DNA of 62,820 bases, counting the filler, from Nemertoderma westbladi (taxonomy: Eukaryota > Animalia > Xenacoelomorpha), in NCBI GenBank assembly GCA_032718475.1. It is 2 parts of 2 records of this genome, joined end to end, with 100 filler letters (N's around TTAATTAATTAA, not from the genome) between each part and the next. Parts side by side here need not be neighbours in the genome. Positions count along the whole stretch, not along the records: positions 1 to 31,727 come from JAUCBJ010001953.1; 1 more part is not named here. One strand, given 5' to 3'. The number at the start of each line of letters is the position of its first letter. Positions within the stretch are counted from its first letter, which is position 1. A program made the translations under genes and the position numbers. A model generated the notes under the pieces. It did not search any database, had not been told where the DNA came from, and saw only the letters and a list, made by a program, of their open reading frames with translations. This document shows positions 11,516-25,391 of this stretch, piece after piece.

Positions 11516-12829
11516 TAAAATGAGTGTTTTGCTACGTCATGTGGTAATCGATTATCGACAACAACCACAAACTATTAAATTTAGAGTCTTTTACCACAGG
11601 CGCATATGGAATTCTATCTCATAGTCTATAAATCATGGAATGTTTTGGCACAGGCATAGTGAAACCAACTGTCCGACAGACCAGAAATCAACAAATTTTG
11701 AATGTTTTGGCATAGGCATGTTGAAATCAACTGTCTGACAGTCCAGAAATCAGCAGTCTGACAGTTTGAAGAAATACATACATAAAAAGTCATTAAAAAA
11801 AGGACAACAAAAGTCATTAAAAGGACAAAAAAAGTCTTTATGCACAATTCGTAAAAAAAGGAGGACAAAAAAAGTCAAATAAAAGGGCATAAAAAATCAC
11901 TGCCATATTCAAATGGATTGATGGAGGGAATTTCAAAATGGTCAAATAATACAACAATAATGAAATTTTTAATATGATGTGCAATTATAAAAATCGCTGT
12001 AACTCTGGTGCAACACGACCGCATACGATGAAATTTTCATTGTTACGTGCGGAAATTAATGCGTTTACAATCACTATACTCAATTTATTTATAATCGGTA
12101 TGATTTTTAAACTATAAGAGTTTAAGAGCCGGGAATTGCCAAATTGTGGCTACGTAAGCCAGATTTGACCACAAAATTAACCAGGTTCGTGCAACTCTTG
12201 AAAATTTTGGAATATGCCAATTTTGTTCTACTATCATGTTCTATAAATTACCAAAGTTAAAAAAAATATAATTCCTAGGAAGTTGTTTTATTTTTTATAA
12301 AATATGTAATTTTGTGGTGAAAATTTGTTAATTTCGTTAAAAATCAGTGAAAATTTGACGGTTTGGAGTAAAATTGGGTGGGTTGGGCCAACTCATATCG
12401 ATTGTTGCCATTGTCATTTTTATTACCCTAAACGTTCTTTAATTGAGCACAGTTTTAGAAAATATAATTCCTAGGAAGTTCTTAAACTAAAGCTCAGACT
12501 TTCAAAAAGACGGTCATTTAACGGACTTTTTTTATTTGTCTGTCATACCTACACACAACGTCGAAATCGAAAATGGCGTGCATATTCGGATTCAGCACAC
12601 CAAAATGTACCTACAGTATATAGTATAATTTGAAGTAATCTGAGGCTAAAATAAAAAAAAAGGAAAAAATGAAAAAAATTTGACCAAAATTTGCCAAACT
12701 TCCAAAAATACTTAACTTGCTCAGATTTTCATGAAATTTGGTAGAGAAAGATTTCATCGGGCAAGAAACGTTCCATCCCAACTTAGTTGACCGTTTTGGG
12801 ACAACAATGGACGTGATTATTCGGGAGAA

Positions 12830-13130
12830 CTATTTATTGTCGATGAGCCACCAGACAGAGAGAAAGTCCAGTCGCTCAGTGGACTGTAGAGTTTCTAAAT
12901 AACAACACGCCTCTACCATGATTAATTTCACAACGTATTTTGCGTTGTTAAAAGTTTCTAGGCCTATACCATTCATAAAGAACCCAAAACGCGCATTTGC
13001 CTGGTCAGAAATCGAAGAGATTGTTCGCTATCTGAGTAATTACCAGCAGACTGATAAACGTTTTATTTACATTAATCGGCAAGTTGCAATACTCCGAAGC
13101 ATGGATTTATTTATTCCGCACAGCACACAG
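12830..13130 (+). pseudogene. Possible fragment of a P-element/THAP-type transposase N-terminal region
   Basis: WSEIEEIVRYLSN..KRFIYINRQV resembles a segment I recall from invertebrate P-like transposases; no catalytic motif is present. Confidence 0.25.
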
Positions 13131-15349
13131 TACTTCAGAGCCCGAAGAGACTCATTAAAACCTAGACATTTCTCTACTGGGGGGTCACAAGTTGAGTCCG
13201 AGCTCGGAGAGACTCTTTAAACTGCAACTGAGATATTTATCTACTGGGGGTCACACGTTTAATTTTGGTTTATGTGTTTTCACTCTGGGATGGGGAATAT
13301 TGGGTCGGTAATCGTATTAAAATAAATAAAAATATGAATAATAAAGTTAATATAAGTTTTTAATCGAAAATATATATATATAAATAATAAAGTAATAACA
13401 TAAAGTAATAGACAATGATATAAAGTAAAAGTATATAGGTACCTAATAATAATATAAAGTAATAATATATCTTGTATAACCATAAGTCCAAAACCATAAC
13501 ACCACCGCTACAGCACCATGTCACCAGGTCCACCCAAACGTCACCGCCATAATGTCACCATATCCACCAAAGCCATGCCTTGTACAATTAGTATTAAATG
13601 AAAATGAATGGTTAATTATAGTAAATAAATATAATATTATTAAGAAGATTATTAGAAGAGACAGTAACAATACCTGCAATATCCTACTGTAAAGTTTGTG
13701 AATCAAATCATAAATCCGACCTTCTCACCAAAACAGTAAACTCTAAGTAAGCGAATATATTGCAGTATTGATCTCTTATAACCGGTGAGGCAGAAAACAG
13801 TCTACGAGCAGACAAACTTCGATAAAACAAAATCCCGCGCAGCGAATCCTAAAATCAGGCTGACTCACTGACGGACTAAAGGGCTCGTATACTTTGCCGC
13901 GGTGTGATTTATATGGTTGGGCGAAAGGGACGCTAGCTAGGTACAGAGGCAGAGATTTGGAGATGTCTAACTAGCGGGCAAAGCGCAGTAAGGACGAAAG
14001 TTAATTTTATATATTTTGAGGTGTAAATAATTTCTAACACGCGTGTATTAATTCCGAACAGTCAAAGCAGTTTTGCTCCTTCATATATATAATTACTGGG
14101 TACGGTGTGCATTTTACGAATATTCTAATTTTGTAACTTGTAGGTCCAATACTCACGAATAATAAGGCTCCTTCCCCTCTTGCGTATTTCCAGGACTCAA
14201 ATTCAGGCATAAGGTTAATGCTACGCCCAGAATTCGGCAATTTTTAATTTACCAGGTCCCTAATACTAAGAAGAAATGTGTTAGTTTACTACAGTAGGCG
14301 TACTGTTACTAATAGCTATCCTGGCGTCCTATCTAGAATTTTAGTCACCTAGGTAGGCTGGGTAACTTCCTATCAGGACGTTGGCGGGGACACGGTAGAT
14401 GTTAGTATATCCCTAATAGCCTCAATTTATTTGCGCCTAGTCGTAAACTGCCCTACCGCCTGAACGGTACAATCCCAATTCAGGTGAAACACAGCAACCC
14501 TCCTAGCCTACAAGTTCTAATGCAATGGACACCGTTGTACTGCAAATAGTCGCAAACGCACCTGCACTTAGCAAGAGTTAGGCGTACAGTTTGCTGCACC
14601 CTACCAATGTGTATGCTTTGTACCGGTGTGCCTACGTCCTATCTGCGTACTAGTGTCTGCCTGCTCTCTCTCCTCCCCCGTAGGAATATGAAGGTCTACT
14701 GTGGTTTTTTCCTGAATCAAGACAGTACAGTCCCTAAGATGTAATTTTAGGCTCACAGCGTGTCACTACTTCTACCTTTTGATCTTTGGTCTTACGCTTA
14801 GGTAGCAAGGCGTCGAACGCTGTCTAACCTTTCAGGCGATGGGCGAATAACTAAGGTGGTATTGCGGGTTGTCTCCTGTCTACATTCCTTTGATGTTCCC
14901 GTTCATTGCTGCGGCCCGATCTCTAGCCGGCCATCCTGTTCCTAAGGGTGTTCACCGTAGTGAATCATGGTAAAGGAAAAGCAGATAGCGGTATTTCTGA
15001 ATTTATTGCAGATAATAATACAAAATGTAATCTGAAAACTAATGACAGAATAAACAAGATTGAGTAACTAATAAGATTAGAAAGATTGCACTGAGATTGA
15101 GATAACTAATGAACAAATCGCACCTTTATATAGCAAATTTGTGCTGCAATCAATCGAGAAAATTCTCGATTGTTCTATAGGTTCTAACAGGTTTTTAAAG
15201 ATAACTATTGGTCCAGCGAATATATAACTTGCACGACATTGGTTACAATCTAATAACTACAGTCTCATTGGTTAATCTAGGTACAGACAAATGCAATTTA
15301 ATTTGTAGCGGTCAATTTAAATGAGTTGAAATTCTGCACAAAAAATAAT

Positions 15350-15425
15350 TCGCACTTACTAGGATTCGAACTCAATACCTACTACATATATAATTTCCAA
15401 CGCTCTACCAACTGAGCTAGGGCTG
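15350..15425 (-). ncRNA. tRNA-like sequence (pseudo-tRNA or SINE head) with Pol III A/B boxes and T-run
   Basis: Minus strand GCCCTAGCTCAGTTGGTAGAGCGTTGGAAATT...GAGTTCGAATCCTAGTAAGTGCGAATTATTTTTT; acceptor and anticodon stems do not close. Confidence 0.65.
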
Positions 15426-15729
15426 GGGTAAAACAGACTGTAAACAAGGGGGGAAAAGAATTACGCGGAAAAATGACCAGAGAGGGAGGAAAAACGCAGA
15501 GAGAATGGAAAAACGCAATAATGTATTTTTCTACCATACATATTTTTATTAGAATTATTATACTTTGTAAATATTGAAACATCAATATTAATATTATACA
15601 GTATGAGAACATGTAATATACATATAGAGCATTGTACATTATACAGTAACTTATACAAATTTAACTTATTCAACAGATAATATATTATCCTTTACGTCTA
15701 ACTATCAACGTAAGCTATTCTACCCCTAA

Positions 15730-16107
15730 AGGTCTGTTTTTACACGTGGAAACTTTTAGATCAACTTTCTCGGCAACTAGCAACGTTTCTTGGAGCAACT
15801 TAATTTAATCGCTGTTTACACGTGGCAACTTTACCAGCAACTGGCCGGCAACTTTTAGAGCAACTTTTAGAGCGAGTTTAACTGTAAAATAGTGGGTCAT
15901 TTTATCTACTAGCTAGTTTTTGATAATTTAATTTGATTATCCCGCTTTAATTCGCCAACGCAAATTCCTTCAAGTTGCCTTAAAAGTTGAGCAACTTTTA
16001 CGGCAACTTTTTTACGTGTTTACAAGGAGCAACTTGATCGGCAACCTGGTTTGCTCTACAAGTTGCCGAGAAAGTTGCTCTAAAAGTTGCCACGTGTAAA
16101 CAGGCCT
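15730..16107. mobile_element. PIF/Harbinger-type MITE
   Basis: TAA|AGGTCTGTTTTTACACGTGG... / ...CCACGTGTAAACAGGCCT|TAA: ~45-bp TIRs, TAA target duplication, internal GCAACTT repeats. Confidence 0.85.
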
Positions 16108-17338
16108 TAAGGCAAGGATATGCTCAATGCTCATCTCAAAGATCCATTAGTTTTCCAATAATTTCCAAACAGTAATAATTATTTTTCAGGGCCAACGATA
16201 TGGAACTCTGATTCCTCTGCTGACGTAAAACATAAAAAATCTAAAATACAGTACCCTTTTCAAAATAGGTCACCTTCTAAAATATTAAATTAAAGTACAC
16301 TGTAAACAATCAATAAAACATAGATCTTACCAATTTTCCATAACCTTTTCCATCCAATATTTTATATTTTATGCATTTCCTATCTCGACTCATTAGTTTA
16401 GTTTTATATACCTGGATCAGCATCGGAACTCCGGTGCAACAATTGATTGCGCTGGAGATTAACTTAGGATAATTAATTAATTATTTCCCTATCAGCAACA
16501 ACAGTAACAATCTCACACCTCACAATTCACATAATAGTACTACCCCTCCCCTTTTTTTTGCAAGCACTGCACACCACCCCTAACTGCCCGGCACTCCCAG
16601 ACAATACATTGGGCTATAATACTAGCCACACCATTGTCCAAAGTAATATTGTAACTTAACTTTTAATATTGCAATTATACAATATACTGTATATAATACT
16701 CTATATGTGCAATGTGAGTATCGGATTACCAAATAACAATAAATTTTAAACAATTGTCTTCTTTAGTCTAAAATTCGCAACTGTTCGGTGGTCCGTCCAC
16801 CCACACGATCAACACCATGTAGTACTAAAACCTAGGCCTACAACTACTGTATGTTATCGATAAAGATAAAGAGAATGGATTCAAGTCATTCCGTTGTTGA
16901 TTAACGTTGGTAGCACAATAACATTGAGGTTGGTGGTCTATAGACTGTACGGTATTGCAACTCATCGCATTGGGGTGTGTGTTACAGTATTGTCATATGA
17001 CGCCTAATATTAATAGCAAACTAACATATTTTAATACGTGCACAAAATTAATTCCTGTGACATCGGTATCTCGGATTGTCAGTTTCATAAATCCGACTTC
17101 CATAAGTCTCGAATGAATACAGTTTTCAGTTAGACATAAAGACGTAAGCAGTCCAGACACACAACTTAAAGGAACTATTTATACGGGGTTTCAAATCTGT
17201 TTATAGTAACGCCAGTTTTATATGCAACAATAAATTATTCTACGAGTACAAGTAACGGTTACTAGCGCCCGTTTCTTGTATATACAGCTGGTCGTAAGTT
17301 TAGGCTCATTATTTGCAAAATTGAATTGTAGCGCTAAC

Positions 17339-17428
17339 AGTGAATATTACCCCACTGAAGATTTCACAGTGAATATTTAACTCAGTGAAGATTTCGCCAG
17401 CGAATATTATCCACCTGGTGAATTTTTC
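17339..17428 (+). repeat. Three degenerate ~30-bp tandem units
   Basis: GTGAATATT....CA.TGAAGATTTC repeated. Confidence 0.6.
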
Positions 17429-19226
17429 TCCTCGCATTTATTGTTGCATTGTCCTTATCTGTAATTCTAGAGTAGGCTATTTAGGACTGCGCACCCTGAA
17501 TAGAATATTTTAGGTTTACAACTGTCGGTGTTATAAATAGATTTACTGTGTATAGAATAGGAGTTGTAAAAATTTATTTACCTGAATGTTTACATTTACA
17601 GTATGTACATTTATTGTTGTAGCATTTAATAGTTCAGTGTAGATTCTGCACTCAAATATTTCAAGCGGCTAACGAACTGCGTGTCCCCCACCTTTTTGAT
17701 AGGACGTCCCGGACGTCCCTTGCGTAATTATATCTCGCTTGGTGTCAATCTCGTCTTAATAGTAAATCGAGTATCTATCTAAATATTCTGGGAGAGGTAT
17801 TTGAAGAAATTTTTCTGTACTGTGTTGTTTGTGTTTCGATTGTGAATTGCTTATTTGTGAGTGTGATTTCAGGTGACTGAATGTGTTTGTGCTGTTCCCG
17901 TCTTGACTGCATGAAAACTGGATTAATTGGTCCCATATCAATCCTGTTGGTGTTCGGTATAGTGAGTACGGTAAGGGATTTGAACGCTCAGTTGTATTGC
18001 GTTCAGCGGCAGATCGACAGTAAGATTCCTAGCTACGTGCGAATAGGGTATCGATGATCGTTGGGTAACTGAGCAGACGTATTTCTTATTGTAAGCACGA
18101 GTTCCTGATATCAAGTTATTAAATTTTGCTTACCAGCGGGTAAGGCTAAGCAAAATTTATTCCTGTGGACAGCAGTGTTTGCTTGAAAATTGTATGCAAT
18201 TAAAGAGTTTCTCCCTTGACGCTGTTCGGTTTCGGAGGCTGGGGAAACTTCCACGTGTCAGACTCGACGTTGTAAATCTATGCAGGTCTCAGCGTACCAT
18301 AAGTCTATGTGTGTTCGTAACCTGACAGTGGAATTGTGTGCGACAGATTGATAAATATTGTTGAAAGCAAAATCCGAAGTCCCAAAATAGTTGGAATTAA
18401 ATTCCAGCTATAAACATAAATTTACTCCCCTGATAAATCTAACCCGTTAAATTGTCCTATCCATTGATTTGTAATATTTTGATTTGTAATAATTTTCTTT
18501 GTATATTAAGTACGCATTATCATTAGGTACGTTCTATTGCATTATCATTCTGTAGTAGATTAATTTATATTGCAGGAATATAAGAATAATCTATATACCA
18601 AAGCAATTTGGTCACATTTATTTCATAGACATACGGCATCAATATAACTTGTCTATATCATTCATTACAGGCATACAAGTTACTCGGAACTGCCAATATA
18701 TCGAATTAACTTCCCTGCAGTCGACCCAGTTACTGTTAGTCTATATTGGAACATTGCCAAGAGAGTACAATACAATAGCTTAACAGAAAGCTTTAACATC
18801 AGCCCATACTGCCTTAATAATTATTGTAGGTAACAAGGTAACTGAGCGAACAAGGAGGACCATTTGTTATCTCCTCTGACTGCCTTAGTATAAGCCATTT
18901 ACTGTCAAGCTCTATTAAATTGAATTATCCATATAGGCATCGCCAATCAGATAGCTACAGTAGTAGCTTCCACCAGTGTAATTTCATCTGAGGGTGTTAG
19001 GCAAAGGCGACTCCTTACGGGAATATCCAGCACTAGCATTTCTTTAACCAGCACTTGTTATCTTTCTATCAGTAGGTGGCGTGGCTTATTTCTGTTGCAG
19101 AAATCAACTGACTGACAAGCTATATATACTGCATTAATAATTATTAATTATTTGCAGGCGCTACAGTTTATAAATAAATTATAGATTGGATCTTTTTAAT
19201 TAATTATATTTAATTAATTAATTAAC

Positions 19227-22200
19227 ATGGATGATCATAAATCTACTTTAAATAACAATTCTTTTATGTCCGCACCCAGTAATGCTTCTAGTAGTGATGG
19301 GTTTGAAGTCCGTGACAAGATTTTGAGAACCCCTCCTCCAGCAAGAAGTCCAGCAGCTGTACATCCCCCAGTTAGAATACATAGTAGGGAAGTCCAAATA
19401 ACTGACACACGGCTTGTAGATCGTCGTAGATCTGTGATCGGCACTAGGGCACAGAGTAAAAGGAAAGGGTCAGTACAGGCAAGTAAGGATACTGAGTTGG
19501 ACAAAGACTTGCAAAAATGGAAAAATAAGACTTCCCAGCGAGAACAAGCAGCAAGTGTGGACGTCAGAACAGAAAGAAGTGCCACTTATAGTAGTGACAG
19601 TTCCAATTCTGACAGGGATGGTATTTACAGCAGAAATGACATGAACATGACTGTATTGCCTGACAATGAAATTATACAAGGTAACCAGGCCTCTCATAAT
19701 ACAATAGGTGGACCGATAATAGGTGAGGCTTCACACCCCCAATCTGAATCCATTCCAGCTAGTGTAAGTGAAGTCAGTTCATCTAAAGGTTCTGGTTCTG
19801 ACACCTCGTTTAAAGATCCCTTAACGAGGCTGCCACCGAATCAATTAATCCGCCTGCTAGAGGCAATAGAGACTTATAAACCAACATCAACACTCCATGC
19901 GGGATATTCTGCAGGTGAGTTTCAAAGAGAGGTATTACGCCAGCACAATTTCCCCAAGTTACACAGGTTTTTTAACCTAGGTGATGCTACTGTAGAAGAG
20001 TTACAAAAATTAAAAATGCCAAAATCAGTGACAGAATCCATGACTTATCAAAGGATGGCGAGAACATTTAAGCAAGGCTTTAGTAAACAAATTGAGCAAC
20101 TCAAAATTCGACTCCATGCTGAGCGGAGTACACAAGTTATTGATCCCTCATTAGATTTCGAAGTGGTGCAGAGAGTGTTGCGTATAAGAATAATTTTTTC
20201 GGCATTCCATGAAGTGGCACTAAGACTTCAGGATTCTGTTTTGGATAAATTGATAAACGACTTACTCAAAGAAGTGGTTGTCCTATCCAAATCTGTTCTA
20301 GAATACAAACAAGAAGTCCCAGTAGATGCCATCTCACAACTGACAGATCAAATAGAAATCGTGGGAGAAACAGAATTGCGCCGGCGATTGCAGGGCCTGA
20401 ACCCAAGGAGTAAACAAGCTAAACGGGTGTTGGAAGACATTGACCGACTGGGCAAAGAGCGTGCTTTGGAGCAACTGGAATTAGATGCTGCTCAGAAAAG
20501 GAGGAAGCAACAGGTGATCGAACTAGAATTAGAGGCCGAAGCAGATAAAATTAATGCCAAAGCCGAGGCAGATAGAATTAAGGCCGAGGCAGAGAAAATT
20601 AAGGCTGAAGCTGAGGCAAAGAAAATTAAGGCCGACCAATTAAGGGCATTGGAACTCGAACGAAAGAAAGCGGCTTTAGCTGCAGAGGATGAAATGGCAA
20701 GAAAAAGGGAGGAGATACAAAGGAAATTCTCTTCGCTTGACAAAGAACGGATCACCCGGAAGGCCAATTATTTCACCTCATCAGATGAGGGTGCAAGTGA
20801 TAGTGACATAAGCAAAGTCTATTCCTCGAGGGCCGAGAGCAGTCGCAGAAAGCGAGCATCGTTAATCCGGATGCCGGATATGCCACCGAGATCTAACCCA
20901 CATGCATATTCTGACGCCTGCCAAAGTGACACATCCTCTCTAAAACAATCTGCCCCCTTGGTTACCATTATAGATGTTGATGAAGAAGCTGAAGCTGAAC
21001 CTGGTCCAGATATGTCAGTTCCAGCGCAATTGACAAACAATAAAATATCAAATAATAAACAACTAAAGGTAACTCTAGTAACTGGTAAGACACCCGAACT
21101 TAATCATAATAACCCTGGCTATGGAACCGCAGCTATGTCGGCAGTAGCTCAGGCTGGACCCGCAGGTAAGACACATGGATTGAACCAGACTAAACATACT
21201 ACTGTAAGTGTTGTACAAGGTGAGAAGACTATTAGTGACCCATGTATGTCCAGCACAGTCAGAGTTCCCCGGAATGAGCGTGTTTCCTTTGAGAGTGGTT
21301 TGTCACCGATTAGTCACCGTAGATTGGCCATTGATGGAACCAATGAGACCCATGGACCCGCAGATATGTCGGAAGTGGTCATTGGTGAGCAAGGGGCCCA
21401 TCCTGAACAGTTAAGGAGGACCAATGAAACAGGTAAAGTATGTAGGCCAAAAAACATTATTAAACCAATGGATAGTGAGATAACTAGAACCCAAATTGAG
21501 GAAGGCAAAAGGGTGCAACAGGGTCTGCGAGACACCATCTCAGAGTTAAGACATACATTAGGAAATAATGGTGAGTTTGCAAATACATATGCAGAAAATC
21601 TAAACGAATTAAAGGGAGTACAAGATGAAATTTTGAGGTTAAATAAAGTGAAGGAAGCTGATCTAAATAAACTCCGAGAGAATGATATAGTATTTGAAAG
21701 AAAACAAAATGAAATATATTATTCCACTCAAGTTCTGGAGGGAATTCAACAACAACTAGTAACTGCTCAAGATACATTAGCTGCGGTTAATAAACAATTA
21801 CCATCATCAGAAAATGTTAGAATTGGGCAGAATGTACACATTCTTCAAAGATCAGCGCAAGCTACTGGTATGCATGCAGAAAACATAGCAACCATGAGGA
21901 CCCAAATGAGAGACACTGATCAACCACCTATTGACCCATTCTTGAACCCTAATCCCATGCAAGTACCACCTAATGTTACCCGGCCACCAGATAGCCTTGG
22001 TAATTTATCGACATCTTTTCTTAACCTCTCAATTCAAGAAAGCCTGAGTAGACAAATGGCCAGAACTGAGGCGAGACAGGTTGTAACTGGAGGTGAAACG
22101 ATAAAATTTAATGGAGATGCATTGAAATGGCTTCCTTTCCACGAGTACTTTAAAGACAATATACAGAACTCACTTTTGACTGAAGGAGAAAAATTAAGAT

Positions 22201-23993
22201 TTCTCATTGAATGTCTAGAGGGACCCCCAAAAACAATGGCTCTGAAATATGTAGGTCATCCTCAAGGGTTACAAGAAGCATGGAACACACTTTCTGAAAG
22301 GTATGGTGATCAATCTACCATTGCGATGTTTGTGTTTGACAAATTAATTACAAAGAAACGTATAGCAGGTGGAGGCTTGGTTGAGTTCTCGGATGAAGTC
22401 CATGAGTTGTGTAGACAGTTAGATTGGTTGAATAAGGGAGAAATGTATGACAATTACATGGTCGTCAATAAAATAGCTGGTGCTCTACCAAAGGGAAATG
22501 TTGGTAATCGATGGGATCGTTTTGTTGTTCAAAACAAACGTGATAGACAGCGTGACGTCACCATGAGAGACTTCCTTAAATTCCTCAAGGATGAAGTCAC
22601 TCTACAATTTCAAAGAGATGTCCGTGAAAGAGGAAGTGAGGCCAAACCAGCAACCGAGAAACCCGTTATTGTTCCCAGAAAAAGAGTTATGAATATCTAT
22701 GACCCAGAATACGATAGCAGTATTTCTTTGAGAGAAGACATGGAATCTGATTGCCAGGAAGTCTACTATTCGAAACCAACCGGTAAACCCAATAGCCGAC
22801 TCCATACACTGACAAATACGAAAGGTGATATACAAACCTCCACCCAACGTGATATAAGATCAACCAATGGGATACTACCACGATCCCAAGTAACTAACAC
22901 AAATGATAAAACGGTAACAAATAAAGATCCTAATACATGCCCCTTTTGTCCAAAGGTAAGTCATCAAATGTACCAATGCCCAGAATTTTTAAAGATGAGT
23001 GTAAGATCCAGGAGATGGTTTATTAAGAACCAACGTATATGCTACAAATGCTTGAAATTTGGTCATTTGAGGAGAGATTGCAAAATCGTAGGTATTGAGT
23101 GTCCAAAATGTAACGGTTCACATCATGCTCTGCTACATAGCGAATCTTACACCCCTAGAAGTATGGAACAACGTGTACACTTCAGTGACGCTTGCGAAGA
23201 TCCGTATGACTCTGACGAACTGGCAGGTTCTCCATATCCAGGTGAGTTTTCAGATGATAGTGACTCGTGTAATGTGTATCATGTTATGATGGAAAGAGCC
23301 CTAACTTATGTCTCAAACCCGGAAACAGACGATATCACACCATTACAACACTCATCAGTTAATCAGGTGACAAAACTGAAACAGTCCAGGAATGTAGGAG
23401 TAAGAGAATTTCCTATAGTCCAGGTGAGATTACATGCAGGTAAAAGAAGCATTATACTAAATGCATTAATGGATTCTGGCAGCACGAATACGTTCATAGA
23501 TAAAGATCTTGCTGAGACACTGTGGGACAACCACGAAATATATCCCATGCGACTTAATTTAGCCGGTGTAATGGAAAAATGGACTTCAACATTGGAAACG
23601 TTCTATTGCATTGGTGCTCTGTCAGCCCCGACCAATCATGATCATATATACTCATTGGACAATGTAAAAATGGTGGCGATAAAGAACTTCACGAGGGGAC
23701 AAGCACCATTATATAATTGGGATGAAGACGAATTCACCAACGAACATAACATACCCCGTTATGATGTTGACAGTCCTGGAATTTCCCTCCTGATTGGACA
23801 GAATGCACATGAGGCTCTCGAGATATTGGAGAAGATACCTAAAAAACCTTTACCTTTAGCACCATACGCATGTAGGACGCGGATAGGTTGGTATTGTACG
23901 GGACCTTCAGCGAAAACCTTACAAGAACGAACCAGAGCAAGTATAAACTGCCAGACTGCAAAATCACAGGATCGAATATCCCTATTGGATATA
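19227..23993 (+). CDS. BEL/Pao Gag-protease, first part of a single gag-pol ORF interrupted by a LINE
   Basis: Gag core FNGDALKWLPF..EKLRFL..LEG..AWNTLSERYG; three BEL-type knuckles CPFC..H..C, CYKC..GH..C, CPKC..HH.LLH; aspartic protease ALMDSGS; PYACRTRIGW. Confidence 0.95.
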
Positions 23994-24230
23994 CTGCAAT
24001 AGCAATAGCTGACTGCTGAATAGGCCTACCTTTTAATTTTAACCATACTGTACACGCGTACATTGAGTTGGCGCCGGTCTTACGCCGGGTTGCCCTTCAA
24101 GCCATTGCCCCCTCCGCCAACTAATCGTCTCCCAAAGACAGAAAGAAAGATCACGCGTAGAACGAACCGGCGTGCACTGAAGTCGGAAGTTATCCCTACC
24201 AGCACACAGCCAGTCTGCAAAGCTGCCAGG

Positions 24231-25391
24231 ATGACTTCAAACCGTAATAATTCATTACCGGATGCTTTACCGGATAAATCCAGACGCGGTAGTGGTATGT
24301 CGGGTTCGGGTTCCGGTTCAAGAGGTGGAACCTCACGGCTGAGCGTCTCGGGAGGAAAACAGAACTCGGGTGATTCGAGTACCGGAAATACCCGCACCGA
24401 CGGTCGGAAAGAGTTCGAAGTTGGTTGCTCGGGCTCGAACTGTACCGTATCGGTTATATGTATCGCTAAATCGGGAACTCAATGGGGCCGCTTAGATTTC
24501 TACTGTGGAAGTTGCGCGGCACGCCACTTTACCAGGTTCACCAAGGAACTACACGATATAGAAACGAAACTTGAAGACAAGCTATCACGCCTAGAGAAAA
24601 CGACTGCTGGCGAGATACTATCGCTGGAACAAAAAGTCGAGCAACTCGAACTCTCCTGTACTGCGAATGAAGTAAAAATCAGTGACACTGAATACAAACT
24701 AGAAACAATGAAAAGCAGCTCAGCAGATGAAGAATCGCCCCAAACATGGTCGGACGTCGTTGTGGACGGTGATTGGCAGAAGGTTAAGCCACAACGTCGT
24801 AACAAACGAAATGACATCGCTTCAATTTCGCCAAATCTAGCTCTTCTCTCTAAACAAATAAAAAATGAAGAGGCGGAACAGAGCAGACGAAAAACTAACA
24901 TCGTTCTCAAAGGTTCCAAGCCAAGCACCAACGACAAACAAGTAGTGTTAGATATAGCTGATGAACTGGGAGTCGAACTAGATGTATCAGAGATTAAAAC
25001 TAAACGAGTCGGGCAGCTGCGAGACTATCAAAATTCACATCCAATCATTGTCACTCTTTCGAAAGAAAAGCGCGAGATATTGTTGAAGAGGGCTCGCAAT
25101 CTCCGCAAGTCGTCACGTTACAGAGATATATACATATCGCCCGACTACACACCAGCGGAAAGCAAACTTCAATATTCTCTCCGGCAGGAACGGCGCGCCA
25201 TGGCTGCAGCGGATCCGAATATAGACTGGATTATCCACAACGGTGCTGTAGTAGACTCGGTGACTGTCAACCGCCCCAACACGCGTGGCACCCGTCAACG
25301 TCAGTCGACAAGTGCCAACACTCAGAACGAGATCCAAGGGTTGCCTGAAAAAACTTTAATTGTAATTGATGAGTCAAGGCGGGTGGACTGA
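24231..25391 (+). CDS. LINE ORF1 (Cys-rich finger, coiled coil, RRM-like/CTD)
   Basis: First in-frame ATG at 24231; C..C...C...FYCGSC; heptad coiled coil; RRKTNIVLKG, RVG..HPIIVTL, IYISPDYTP.E motifs typical of CR1/L2/Jockey ORF1. Confidence 0.85.
   Translation: MTSNRNNSLPDALPDKSRRGSGMSGSGSGSRGGTSRLSVSGGKQNSGDSSTGNTRTDGRKEFEVGCSGSNCTVSVICIAKSGTQWGRLDFYCGSCAARHFTRFTKELHDIETKLEDKLSRLEKTTAGEILSLEQKVEQLELSCTANEVKISDTEYKLETMKSSSADEESPQTWSDVVVDGDWQKVKPQRRNKRNDIASISPNLALLSKQIKNEEAEQSRRKTNIVLKGSKPSTNDKQVVLDIADELGVELDVSEIKTKRVGQLRDYQNSHPIIVTLSKEKREILLKRARNLRKSSRYRDIYISPDYTPAESKLQYSLRQERRAMAAADPNIDWIIHNGAVVDSVTVNRPNTRGTRQRQSTSANTQNEIQGLPEKTLIVIDESRRVD

Noticed and set aside
11890-12810. DNA-transposon-like internal sequence (also ~36590-37100 and ~58480-58950)
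   Set aside because: No matching terminal pairs or TSDs could be defined.
15350-15425. Functional tRNA gene
   Set aside because: D and T loop motifs are present but the acceptor and anticodon stems do not pair.
24066-24125. HDV-like ribozyme at the LINE 5' end (AGTTGGCG/CGCCAACT stem enclosing a CCGG hairpin)
   Set aside because: Could not build P2, P3, P1.1 or the catalytic junction; only simple hairpins.
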